Assembly (NCBI GenBank): GCA_010909165.1 | Contig: VJWM01000197.1 | Span: forward strand, 1-64,000 | Length of the DNA: 64,000 bases | From: Anthoceros angustus | Lineage: Eukaryota > Plantae > Anthocerotophyta | Direction: 5' to 3' | Shown: positions 52,506 to 64,000 of the stretch, piece by piece | How positions within the stretch are numbered: the first letter of the stretch is position 1 | Layout: each line of letters opens with the position of its first letter | The notes under the pieces: model-generated | Told to the model about the DNA's origin: nothing | Databases searched by the model: none | What the model saw: only the letters and a program-made list of their open reading frames with translations | Program-made: the position numbers and the translations under genes

Positions 52506-53999
52506 ATTGTGTAGTAACTGTCATTGATAGACGCCCCAGAGCAGCAGGACATTTGAACTTACTAGGGAATCTATCTGTCTTGAGTGACAACGATGTAGGT
52601 TGCTCTGAGTTTTACTAGGTCGGCGTCAATCTTTGGTTGCCTCTCTGGCGTATGGTAGTAGAAAAAAAGGCTGTTTTCGGGGTGAAACAACCCTCCGCAG
52701 AGTGTTCAGTGCTGGAGGCCATGAATATGCATCTGGTTTTGGAACTGCTGGATATTGGGTAATCGAATTCCTTCATTTGATTCATCGCGGCCGTCATTCC
52801 ATAGGTCTGAACTTACTTATTATGTACCTCGTTGTATATGTCGGATTCGAAACGGAAGCGGTGCACTTTGCGCATCAACCCGAGTCTAGAGTGTCACGTA
52901 CGAATGAAGCATTCAACCGGATAGAAGTATGAGAAAATCTACCAAAACACGGTGACGCGCGTACGAATTACCCCGTCAACCTCCATGATAAGATAAGCAA
53001 CCCATGGATATTTGATAAAAGATCAATCAAGACACGATAAAGTTAACCCCAAAATGACCCGACAGTCTTTAATCAAGACTTTGGGATCTCACGAAAACAT
53101 AGTATCCCAGTAAATACAAGCATGCCAGGGAGCCTTCTTCCGCTTCCTGTTCTGCATTTACTAATCTAGAAAGCAAAAAATAATGGACCATTATAGCATA
53201 AGAATCTCGATAGGAACGTGGGAGCATCCGAAGGTAACTTTAAAGGCCTCGCGGTTTCTCTTGCGCGAGGCAAGAGCCCGACATACACTTTTCTCTCTCT
53301 CTATGGTATTTGGACAATGGTAGAGAGAAGGTGCTATTAATGCCACAGTAGAGCAGGCACATGGGAGGGTGCTATGTGGGTAGACCACGGACGCGTTTTG
53401 AGGCATATGTAGGTTTGGGCACGTGGCAATATAGTGATAGGCCATGGACTAATACGAAACATGTGTTTTCAATCGACCCAATTTTGTGAGGGATTTGCCG
53501 ATCAGAATGCCTCAACTCGGTCTAGGTTGAGATTTTCATAATTTGGTAAGGATGCTCCACTGGATGCAATGACTAGAATGGCATGTCAATGCCACACAAA
53601 CATACGAAATCGCTTTGGCAGAGGCCACAATCTCCAACATCCGCAGCATTGTGGCTTCTGTTGTGAGATATCTTTGTGGCTATGCGTGAAGCGGATACAT
53701 ACAATGCGCACACCATTGGAAAGCCCGTCCTTGCATGAGGCAAGCCTGATTTTGGCATATATTGAGCACGAGGTGTGAGCATGAAAAATAAAAGAGTGAA
53801 GCTCGTGAATTATTGAAAAAATAGGCTAGCAGGACCCGGTCATTCTGGGTTTAAAATGGTCCTCCACACCTTACAACGAAAGAATTCTAGTAAGATTGAA
53901 TACTGAATATAGTAATTTTTATTAGATAAAAATATTAATAAACATATTTATTTATTCATATAGATTATATGTACCAGCAGTTCATACCAGAGAACCCCA

Positions 54000-54330
54000 T
54001 ATCCGACCCACTGAGCTTTTTATGTATAATGTAGATAAGTAAAGTTTTTTCTTTGTAAAATTATTTTATTCTTTTTTCACTTGTTCCCTTATGTTTTCCA
54101 TATATCCGACCCAGGAGATTTTTTTTTATATAATTTAGATAAGTAATTTTTTTTCTTCGTAAATCGTTTTAGTTTCATACTTTCATTCTTTTTGCATTTG
54201 TTCTCTTATGTTTTCCATGTATCCGACCCAAACGATTGTTTTTATCTAATTTACTTAAGTAAAGTTTTTTTTCTTTGTAAAACCATTTTCGTTTTACAGT
54301 TGTATTCGTTTTTCATTTTTTCCTTTAAGT
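54000..54330. repeat. AT-rich ~100-120-bp imperfect tandem repeat, 3 copies
   Basis: Units start ATCCGACCCA (54001, ~54104, 54221) and share AGATAAGTAAAGTTTTTT-CTTTGTAAAA; a partial copy lies at ~54650. Confidence 0.7.
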
Positions 54331-54896
54331 TTTCTACATAGAGCAAGCTACACAGTGTTGACAAGATGGAATGGAATGGTTTAGAACTCTATATACACAT
54401 AAGGATGATTTATTGAGGTGAAAGAACGATGGAAAGAGACCATCTAGAAGGGGACAACAAATGGGGACCCAGGGGTCGGAGTGAAGAGGAGCAACTGAGC
54501 TCCCTACCTAAAGTGACCAACTACACCCACAATGTCATATGCAGGTAGAATAAACGGCCTGCAAACCACGGAGGAAGAGGAAAAGGCATCACCCACCGCC
54601 GCCTTATGGAGAATCGCCGTTGAGGCGCCTTGGTTGAAGAGCAATAGAAACCCAGCTTTTATGTATAATGTAGATAAGTAATTTTTATCATATTATAAAT
54701 ATGTGATGCTAATAAATACACATAATATACATCCATAAATTTTTATCATATGAAAGGTTAGTACGATTCGATTAATCAATATATAGTGAAAATAAAACTC
54801 TCATTTCATTATATATCTAATTTATTATTATTATTTATCATATTATAAATATCTAGCAATTAATAGTGCATCCTATATACCTTATATATAAGCAAA

Positions 54897-54969
54897 GCTC
54901 TCGTACCCTAATAGACAAGGCATCTAACTTGTAATCAAGTGCTTGAGAGTTCAAATCCCACTAGGAATG
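54897..54969 (+). pseudogene. Decayed tRNA-Arg(UCU)-derived copy (tRNA pseudogene or SINE head)
   Basis: CCTAATAGACAAGGCATCTAACTTGTAATCAAGTGCTTGAGAGTTCAAATCCCACTAGG is collinear with plant tRNA-Arg(TCT) as recalled (CCTAATGGATAAGGCGTCTGACTTCTAATCAG...GGGTTCGAGTCCCACCAGG), with many G>A changes. Confidence 0.65.
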
Positions 54970-56083
54970 TGTATTATGTATATTGTACTCCGAAGTATAT
55001 ATCGCACCACACAAGTTTTCCAAGACTTGCATGGTACATATCTTATACAAAATTATTGGTATCTAGTATCATATAAATATGTGATGCTAATAAATACATA
55101 TATTAATAAATATTAGTAACAAACTATTTCAATAGAGATTATGCTCAATTGTCAGCATGTTGGTCTTTGTTAAATTATGGTCATGGTGTCTATATGTTGA
55201 TAGAAAATAACATGATAACTATTATAACTAGTAGTAGAAAATAGATAACAAACATAGTGAATATAATAGGATAAGGTGACTAGAAAATAAAGTGTCATTC
55301 GAATTTAGAGAGTCAGCATGGATCCTACAAGTCATATGTGTAAACATATATGATGAAAAAATATCTGAAGAGAATAGGTAGTTTTTTAATTTATATCTAA
55401 GGATCTCTCATTTCAATAGCAGTCTCAATTGACCCAGTCCATGAAAGGATAAACATTCGTATGTGAAAAGATAAAGTGAAATTTGAAGACTTTACGTAAG
55501 AAAGAGATAGAAAAAACCCATCTATCCTGAAAGAAAAAGGGGAACAACCCAACCAAGGGCACAGTGCTTACGTACTGAAGAGGACTAACTTCGCAAATCG
55601 CTCCCCTCATGTGTGTCTTCTTCATTCTCCATACCAAATGATAACAAGGACCGAACAATCAGAGAGACTTCGCCCTTTGCTTGCGCAATGCGGGCTCGGA
55701 CAGACTTTCACTCCACAAGCCCCGAAGGCCTTTGTCCAGATATCCCGCCTAGGACCTAGGGCCTAGGGCGGTGCATATCTGTGTTATGTAACTCACAGCG
55801 AAGCTTCCTATCTTGATGAGGCTGGGAGCCAGTGCAATGTAACACTTGTCTCAGTGCAGTGTAACAGTTGTCCCAGTGCAATGTCACGCTTGTCCCTTGG
55901 TGGATTAGCCTGTCAGGACATTACCGCGCTACCAAGCTCCTATGTGATTTTCCCTCATGCGCAAGGTGGCCTGCTACCGGATCCAAGCCCCGGTTCTGCT
56001 TGCTCCAGAGCTGCCGATGCGGGCTCACCTGCCTGGCCCGGGCCCAGGGTTTGCGGTTGCAGGCTCTGCAAACTGTGGGCAGC

Positions 56084-57952
56084 ATGGTGAAATCGGGCAG
56101 CTCGTCACCAGAGCTTCCATCCAGTACTAGTTTTGTGCGGCCCTTCCTCTTGTACATTGTTGCATTGGCAGGCGCCGTGGCCTGTTTGATGGTTGTGGCG
56201 CACCGGAGCTGCGCCTTCCAAAGACTTGCGCTGCTCGCGTCGGATGATGCAATCTCCGACCAGATCCAGTGTGTTGTTCTGCATCCCAGCTCCGTCCACT
56301 TGGGTGCTTTTGTTTCCATGCTGGTTGAATCCGGAGCCTGTTGCTCGGGCGCTCACACCGGGACGCTTGTGCGGCAGGTGTGGCTTCTTCTCTGGAAAGC
56401 GAACTGCCCACAGGGTAGAGAGCCACGGCGGTAGTGAGCAGTACGGTCCCCGGTATACGTATTCGGATCTGCTGTGGCACCGGGTGAACAGAACCTTGAT
56501 CCGGGCTGCGGATCGGGAGGAGCTCTCGGCAGCCAGCCCCCATTTCGATTTCTCGGACCTGAGGCTGCGGCTGGTGACGAAGCTGGTGAAGTACTACCTG
56601 GAGCCATGGCAGGCGGTGGCGGGGGTGACGTGGGGCTTTGGGGCACCTCGGAAGGCCTGGAAGGTGGCCAAGGTGAGAGAAGCTGCTGCCACCTCCAGTG
56701 TCATGTCCTGTTGCTTGCATGTGCGGGTGGTGGGTGGAGTTGTCTACTTCAGGTACGGGCAGGTGCTGAGCCTGCCATGGCGGCTCAACCGGGCCAACGA
56801 CTTCATCACCTTCCTGCAGCTCACCATCGACAAGTATGAGCTGAAGAGCTTGAAAGTGGAGTTCTTTTTCAATACCTGTGACCACCCTCTGGGATCCCGC
56901 ACAATGTTCCTCACCAGCACCCAGATTTCCAATTACCTCATTCTCAGCAACCATCTCACGGATGTGAACACGGATGTGCTGGTGCCGGATTTTCTGGACT
57001 GGGGGGATACTTACATGCCCACAGAGACAGAGCTTGCAAGCTCCCGGGAGAGGAGATGGGAGGAGAGGATGTCCAAGCTGGTGTTCAGGGGTGCCACCAC
57101 CAACTTCAACCTGCAATTTGAGAATTGGGGGAGCAACCCGCGGGTGAAGCTTCACAGAATGAGTGACGCTTTTCCCGACCTTCTGGATGCTCGCATTTCG
57201 AGATGGAGCCACACCATGCCCGGCAGTGTGTTCCGAATGAAGCGGGATTCTATTGATCTTGCTCCTCGGCTCAACTTCACGGAGAAGAGTGCCTTCAAGT
57301 ACGAGCTTATCATTGATGGAAGCCTGGGGACCACCCGATTGTGCGGAGTCCTGGCCACTGACAGGGTTGTTGTCCGCCAGAGCTCCCCTTTCTTCCAATT
57401 CTTCGACCCGCTGCTCCAACGGGGTCGGCATTTTGTGGAAGTGAAGCACAAGTGAGTAGACCACAAGCCTGGGCCAACAATTCCCCACCATCTGCTGGCC
57501 TCGCCGAACATCGATTATCTCACCTCTGGGTGTTTCCTTTCCACAGCTTGCAGGACCTGGTGCAAGCTGTTGAGTACATGCAGCAACATGACACAGAGAT
57601 GCAGCAGATGGTGAAAAATGCACGGGATGAGGTAGGGTGGATATGTACTCCAGAAGGCCGGATGCTGGCATTCGCGGTAGTGTTAGTCAAGTACCATAAC
57701 CTCCTGGAGGATGCGCATTTGGTGGAAAAGCCCAAGGCCGAGCACATGTGTCCGTGGGGGGGCGCAAGGAAAGTTTCCGTGTATACCAGGAATGAGCGGC
57801 CTGACTGCATGGACAAGGAGGAGAAACCGATTCTTGAGCAACCTGGATGTCCCACGGTCTGCTCTTTCTATGGGCTTCGGAAGAAAGACTGGTACTGGCT
57901 TTCCTCAAGGGATCTTGAGGGATGGCCAGCTGCTTGGAATATTTCCTCTTAA
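56084..57952 (+). CDS. Glycosyltransferase family 90 (CAP10/KDELC/Rumi-like), type II membrane protein, 3 exons (56084-56268, 56378-57451, 57547-57952)
   Basis: N-terminal TM (PFLLYIVALAGAVACLMVVA), VEFFFNTCDHP, DVLVPDF, WEERMSKLVFRGATT, FKYELIIDG...RL, FFQFFDPLL..GRHFV.V..NLQDL..AVEY...HD; phase-consistent GT-AG introns. Confidence 0.85.
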
Positions 57953-58699
57953 ACGCGTGCAACGACAGCTCCTTCCTTTACAGTGTAGTCTCAGTATGTT
58001 TCGTTTGAGCAGAAGGTCAAGGTGGTTTTCGCTTGCCTTCGCCAGCCACTTCTTTCTGTTTGTGTGAATGAATGAGCATAGACATGCGTGAAGCCCACTC
58101 TCCCGTACCAACTGACGGGGCAAGCCGTGAGCACAATGAACCACAGCTTGTCATGAAACATCCAGAAGTCTCTTGCATCGACCCATTGACATCACTGACG
58201 ACAACAAAACCTTGCTCGTTGTCCCCTTCCCAAGCATCCAAGCCTGTGCTCGTCATGTCGTTCTTGCTGTCTTCCGTAGCTCTGTAGTACGGTTGAGGTT
58301 TACAGTGTTATTCCAATTTTGTGGAATATATTCAGTTTTACCACAATTTGAAAATAATACATCGAGGTATCAAACTGCCTGAACTTTACAGGTCTCTCGA
58401 CGACGGAAAGAATCCAGTCAATATAGTGACTACGATAAGATACGAGGTGTCGCGCCTTAAGAATTCTCTCGCGCGAGTCTGGCATGCCCACGGAAATGGG
58501 CGTCATTGAGATGTGAACAAATTTCCAATTGTGAATGCCGTCAAGAGGCCAGAGATACGGACATAAACAACGGATTATCATGAATTTATATTTTAAAGAC
58601 GTTTTTTCATAGTATATTATTTTAACATTACTTATATTGGATTCACGTACTCATGGGACGCAGGCTGTATGTCAAAAACATTGAAAGCCAATTATCAGT

Positions 58700-59159
58700 T
58701 TCCATTTCTTGATAATAGCTTGCTCCGCCACACTCCGCCTTTTGGTGTTTTCCATGCTCATGCCTCGGCCCTGTCGAACACTACTATGGAGATGGAGGAA
58801 TTGTTTTAAGAACGACTTCTTCGGCCCTGGTCATGTTCCATTCCTGCGTGTTGATCACGGTGGAGATCTAGAATTGCGGGATATTGGGGGCCTGATTTCG
58901 GGCTCATCCCGTCAACAGATCCACCGCCTCATAGATCATGACCTAATTGTCTTTTACCGTTAGGTGGCATTGTCAATAGACTACACATAGGGTCGAGCTC
59001 GTCTCGCTCTACATGGAGGCTATGGATACGCTTCCATTTATGGATACAGCTTTAGATTATTAGGGATAGATAGCTGACTTTTTTACGCATTATCTTGTAT
59101 GGCTTTCTACGAAACTTTTTTTGTATAATTATCTGCTCGTTAATCTCAAAAAAAAAAAA
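58700..59159 (+). mobile_element. 5'-truncated LINE-like 3' end
   Basis: TLLWRWRNCFKNDFF resembles the L1 ORF2 C-terminal W.IWK.RN...F motif; ends TTGTA...TTAATCTC(A)12. No TSD identified. Confidence 0.45.
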
Positions 59160-60058
59160 GCATTCTCAAGTGATGTTGTCTTTGGATTAAAGCAATTGCA
59201 ATCTTCTCCTCTCATCTTGTGTGAATACAATACCCCCCTTTTTCTCCGTGACGACTAGGGAGACACTCATATAAGCCTAAGATCAACAGGACACGGTACG
59301 ACCAGCCATATTTGCTTCTCTTCTAATGTGATACAATGGATTTGCTGATGCCAAATGCTTGCTCGGCCTCATGATATATAGATCATTTCTTCTAGTGTGA
59401 TACAATGGATTTGCTGATGCCGAATGCCGAATGCTTGCTCGGCCTCATGATATATAGATCATATCTTGTTCCACAGCTACATTGCTTGTCTCAAATGGGC
59501 GATTGTCCAATTTTCTTTTTTCTCAACAAGGCTCCTTGGCAACCTGACACTCAAAGTTGGGAGCCATTCTTTCGGAGCTTGCGTAGAAACTCTGTGAGTT
59601 GATGGTACCCTTCTCCTAGCCATGACTTGCAAGAAATGCAAAATAAGTAGGCGAGTACTAGAGTTCCAAGTGCTACCCTTGAGCTGGAATGAGAACATGC
59701 TTAGCTTATTACCCACCTTGATTAAAATTGTTCCCTTTGACTCTATAGCTAAGGCGTCTCTTGAGTGATGCGATATTTTAGAATAATAATTGTGAGTTGA
59801 AGTTGAACCTCCGGACTCTCAACGAGTTTGAACCTTGTCCCCGTTCACGTGGTGGGTTGTTGAATGCAATAAGGGTTATGGGTCTCTCAAACTTTGAGCA
59901 GGCAATATGAGCTTTCAAAACAGTCACAAGATAATGCTCACCCTTTAGCTTCGTTGGTGTATGCTTGCAGGAATAATGCAATACATCAAAGAAGGTGTTT
60001 GTCCTATTATGGATACACACTTCACACCAGCATCAAGAAACTATGACTCAAACTTTGC

Positions 60059-60202
60059 AGCTCGATGGAAGGTTGTGTGTAGGGTATGGGTTACAGATAA
60101 GGCAATCTCTTTAGAAGGAGGAATGACAAAAGCTCGATGGAAGGTTGTGTGTAGGGTATGGGTTACAGATAAGGCAATCTCTTTAGAAGGAGGAATGACA
60201 AA
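60059..60202. repeat. 72-bp perfect tandem duplication
   Basis: AGCTCGATGGAAGG...GGAATGACAAA x2. Confidence 0.95.
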
Positions 60203-60763
60203 AGTAGTTTAGGCGATCACATTATTCTAATTTTGAAGAAGACAACGTGGGTTTAACTTCCCAACAACTTATTAGCTCCCACCTACCTTCTACAATGAGA
60301 CAATTCACCCCCCACCAAGCGACACCTGACTAGGCTTTGTCCCAATCCCAGGCACCAATGTCCACAATGATGTTGTGAGCAAGCGCTTGGATTTTCTCCA
60401 AGGTCAGCCCACGAATGTCCACCTACTGAGACATATCTGGATGGGATCCATCTGTGAGGATAGCATCGAGCTCCAGCAGATGGATGCCCAAGCGTGGAAG
60501 AGCGTGAGCTCCGGGAAGACATTATAGGAGCGATCCACTTTAAACTGTAGAGTTCCAACATCGCTCATACCCACAACTTGGTCGGGATGAAAGGTTGATT
60601 GTGGGCTATGGAGCGCAAGACTCTCCTCATGTACTCGCAAGACTCTCCTCATGTACTCGCAAGCCCAATTATTGCCAGGAGTTGCGGATTTTGTTACATC
60701 AACGACAACTCTTCTCTCAAGACGTTCGTGTCTCGTTCTTGAGCAGAACTAAGTTCATGCACC

Positions 60764-61070
60764 AGGGTGATCAAACGAGTATGCTGCAAAAAGTATAAAA
60801 CGTGGGATTCCTAGTGCTAACAGGAAGTAACATTAGTGACCACTCTCATGGCCACTTGATGCCCAAGGGTGATCAAACGAGTATGCTGCAAAAAGTATAA
60901 AATGTGGGATTCCTAGTGCTAACAGGAAGTAACATTAGTGACCACTCTCATGGCCACTTGATGCCCAAGGGTGATCAAACGAGTATGCTGCAAAAAGTAT
61001 AAAATGTGGGATTCCTAGTGCTAACAGGAAGTAACATTAGTGACCACTCTCATCGCCACTTGATGCCCAA
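60764..61070. repeat. 102-bp tandem repeat, 3 copies
   Basis: Units start at 60764, 60866 and 60968 (AGGGTGATCAAACGAG...); near-perfect. Confidence 0.95.
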
Positions 61071-64000
61071 GCGCGCTATCAAGGACATGAAGCGGTGTGC
61101 TACTTTGGTCACCTTACTAGACTTAGTTTAAGTAGTATGCTAGCTTAAGCTTGGATGGGAGGTACACGCCGCTCATAAATGGCAGACCCGACAAACATTG
61201 GTGTCAAGGCTTTCTTAGAAGATATCCCTAAATCACAATGCCGAGAGAAACAAGATTAGAACCAAACACATATAGGAGCAATGAATCCCACAATTGTTGG
61301 AGACTTCTACACTAAACAGATATGAGCCATGTATGATGGGGTGGATGGTTGTTTTACATTAGACTGCATATATATGGAATATGGATGAGACTAATTCTTT
61401 ATCACTTCCTGCCATCACGTACATGCTTCTACAAGTCACTTGAGATAAAACTTCACACCAGTAACTTGTGGCAATGCTATAGGAACCACAATTCATGGCT
61501 TCTACATCGTTAAAGACAATGCCTATAGACACTAATGACCACCATGGGGTTAAATAATCATTCGACACAAAGAACCTCGTAGTTAAGTGATCCACTAGGA
61601 GGGGGAGATATTGCGCTCCCCCATCCATGGTGATCTTGAAGGCTAGTGCTCTGTTTGGGATTTGCCCTCGCGGTTAATGCACTTTTCTTATGGACCAATG
61701 GTGGGCCGTTCTTTGGGCCACTACCATCCAACAAACTTGTGGACATACTGGACTGCTGTCATCTATGGGGGCCAGGACAAGGACATTGAAAAGATTTCAG
61801 CTGCTTTGTATATGGGTGGCAAAGTTGCTGTGGTAGCACAAATTCACGCCACCCAGCCTCAACATCTTAAACAGGAAGCTTGAAAGCGAGCAGGCCGTCT
61901 TCTCAGGTGCCGCCCAAGATAAGGAACTTCCACTCTCTGTTGTGATTTCCGGATTGGTTGCCGGATGGTGCCTCCCTGCGCTTAGGGGTGCTGCAATGTT
62001 ACATCGGTAGAGGACTGGCCGGCTCCTTTGCACGGACAGGGAGCGGCCCGTTTCGGGCTGTGGTGTTGGTTCGGGCGACTAAGGGACAACGAAGAGGGGT
62101 GCTAGTGATTTTACGGCGTGTTGGGCCTGCCAGAGGTCTGGTCTCGAGCGCAGCCCATATCGGGCCGGTCTGTTCTACGGCTGGTGGCGCGGGCCTTTCA
62201 CTTGGGCCCATTGGGGAGGATGCTTAACGCTCCTGTTGGCGGCGGCACTGGCCGCTCCTTTTCGTCATCAGGCTGCTTGGTTGCTTGCTCAGCTACCTCT
62301 TGCTATTGGCGTGTTGGTGCGTGCTGCTTCTGTGTCTTCTGCCATCCCTCCCCCGTCATGGAGCCCAACAAATTCGGGCCGTTTGGGAGGCCCTACGGCT
62401 GCTGGAACACGGACGTGTTTTCTGTGGTGGTTCCCACTAGCTCTGCCTTGCGAGATGCTGGTGCTGCTGACCCGGCGAGGCTGTGCGGTGCTCCCCCGGC
62501 TGTCAGGGTGTATAGCTGCAACGCGTCCGGATCGTCTCGACCAAGGTCAGGCAGCCCGCGTGTGATGCCTGGGCACGTCTGTGTTCCTTGAAGATTTCAT
62601 GGTGGTCGCGACAGCAACCTGCGTATCATGTCTGGGCACGTCTCTGCTCCGTGAAGTTTTCACGGTGATTGCAACCGCAGCCAGATGGTGGCTCCAACCT
62701 GGCCGGGCTTGCTACGTCGTTGTCGCTTGCCCGAATCTTCGGCCAGCGGTGCAGTGCTTACCTTTCCTCGTCATTCCCACTACTGATGCAGGCGGGCCTA
62801 CAGTAATTTGACAAGAAGTTCTCGAGTGACTGGGGATGCACTCATAATCTAGAATTGCAGAGTTGCAGAATTGCAGATCAGAGCATGGAAAAAGTTCATT
62901 GAGTCATCCTCCCATCTCACTCTCATCAGCAGATCCCGAGAGTCCCGCTCACCGCGTCTACTCAGGGATGGAGACATGACGCGCTACCTTCCCGCCGAAG
63001 GAGGAAGAATCTCAAAGCCTCACACAATGCAGATGCTAAGAACACGCACGGGGCTGCTCGCCTGGTCCCGCAAGCTCCGACAACCCGACTCATCACACCC
63101 TTCGCACAAACACGGGCCAAGATCTGAGAGGGCAAAGCAGTCCCGCAGGCTCGGAGAAAAGCTCTCTCACCTACACAGAAGCTCAAGAACATGCACAGCA
63201 TTGGTTGGAACTTGGCTTGACCCGCAAGCTCCGACCAGGGGCCCATCCAACAACCTATTTTCACACACATGGGCTGAAGTTTCAAGAGCCAGAGTACAGT
63301 ACTACTGCAGGCGCGCAGAAGGCTGTGTCGCCAGACAGACGTGCGGTCCAAACTGGTCGTGCAGCAAGGAAGAGCCAACCCTCAAAATCATGGTCCTGAA
63401 TCTTCAACAGAAGCCACAAGAAGACACCGTAAGTACGAACCTCTTCCTCCTCTCAACCACATAAAAAACCCTTGCCGATTCCAGCATCCAATCCCGGAAC
63501 CCCTGGGGCCCGGATACGTAGTACTGCGTACATGTACGCAGTCCATGCCAATATCTGTGCTCCACTTCCAGGCACTTCCGAACTCACACGAGCCTGGCAG
63601 CCTGAACCCCGCAGGCAAGTGATGACGCATGTGACTGGAAGCATCAACGGCGGGGCTGGATCGAAAGCACTCGCCCGGTGTGGACACCCGGTCTCTCCTC
63701 CTCCAGATATCAAACCTGAGCCTCTCAAAGAAGCAGCAAGGACACTGCCACATTACTGTAAGCTTCAAACATCTCCGGAGTCAACATATACATTACAAAA
63801 CCACACCACAGCCAGGGACCACAGCCTCTGCAAGGCCTCCCATTGGCACCTCAACGCAGATGTCAACACCACAAAACCATCTTGTCGCCTCCCCAAGTTT
63901 AGCACAAAAAGGACGAATCGCGTCCCCTTAATCGAGGCAAAGGCACCATGGCAACGCGCTGGTGATGGCAGAAATGAGGTCACAATTCGTGGAAACAGGT

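Larger units (their letters stand above)
59760..61880 (-). mobile_element. Decayed Gypsy-type integrase region
   Basis: Minus-strand GGAQYLPLLVDHLTT ... GSDKELVSSIFH resembles rve Y.L..VD..T ... SS.YHP. Heavily degraded; boundaries approximate. Confidence 0.5.

Noticed and set aside
56127-57671. 514-aa antisense ORF overlapping the GT90 gene
   Set aside because: Shadow frame of a GC-rich, codon-biased exon; no recognisable motifs, and it runs across the sense gene's introns
61900-64000. 100-200-aa ORFs on both strands in the GC-rich window end
   Set aside because: No recognisable domain or consistent exon chain; may be UTR/intron of a gene beyond the window or TE debris

Overview
Eukaryotic nuclear DNA from a compact land-plant genome. 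The mostly short (~75-400 bp) GT-AG introns and GC-rich exons are compatible with a non-seed plant such as a hornwort or lycophyte (inference). Layout: (1) 1-14.4 kb is a nested transposon stack: a decayed minus-strand Ty3/Gypsy pol split by a 4.1-kb GC-rich insertion, followed by a full-length Ty1/Copia element (7163-13798; ~254-bp LTRs, GTGTT target-site duplication). (2) Convergent housekeeping genes: peroxisomal malate dehydrogenase (+, with a variant PTS2) and a RAD6/UBC1-2-type E2 (-). (3) 25.6-42.3 kb is a tandem cluster of intronless LRR receptor kinases with WAK/WAKL-type kinase domains: two near-intact paralogues (A and C) flank a 7-kb frameshifted A/C mosaic (B) built by jumps at 9-13-bp microhomologies, and a 0.7-kb templated insertion interrupts the 5' end of C. 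This is the most striking signal, but it has hallmarks of an assembly/consensus artefact and needs read-level checking. (4) A serine carboxypeptidase-like pseudogene, a Helitron-like element, a conserved plant acidic/Lys-rich protein gene, a decayed tRNA-Arg copy, a GT90 (CAP10/KDELC-like) glycosyltransferase gene, and decayed LINE and Gypsy fragments. All calls were made by eye from motifs; no database searches were run.
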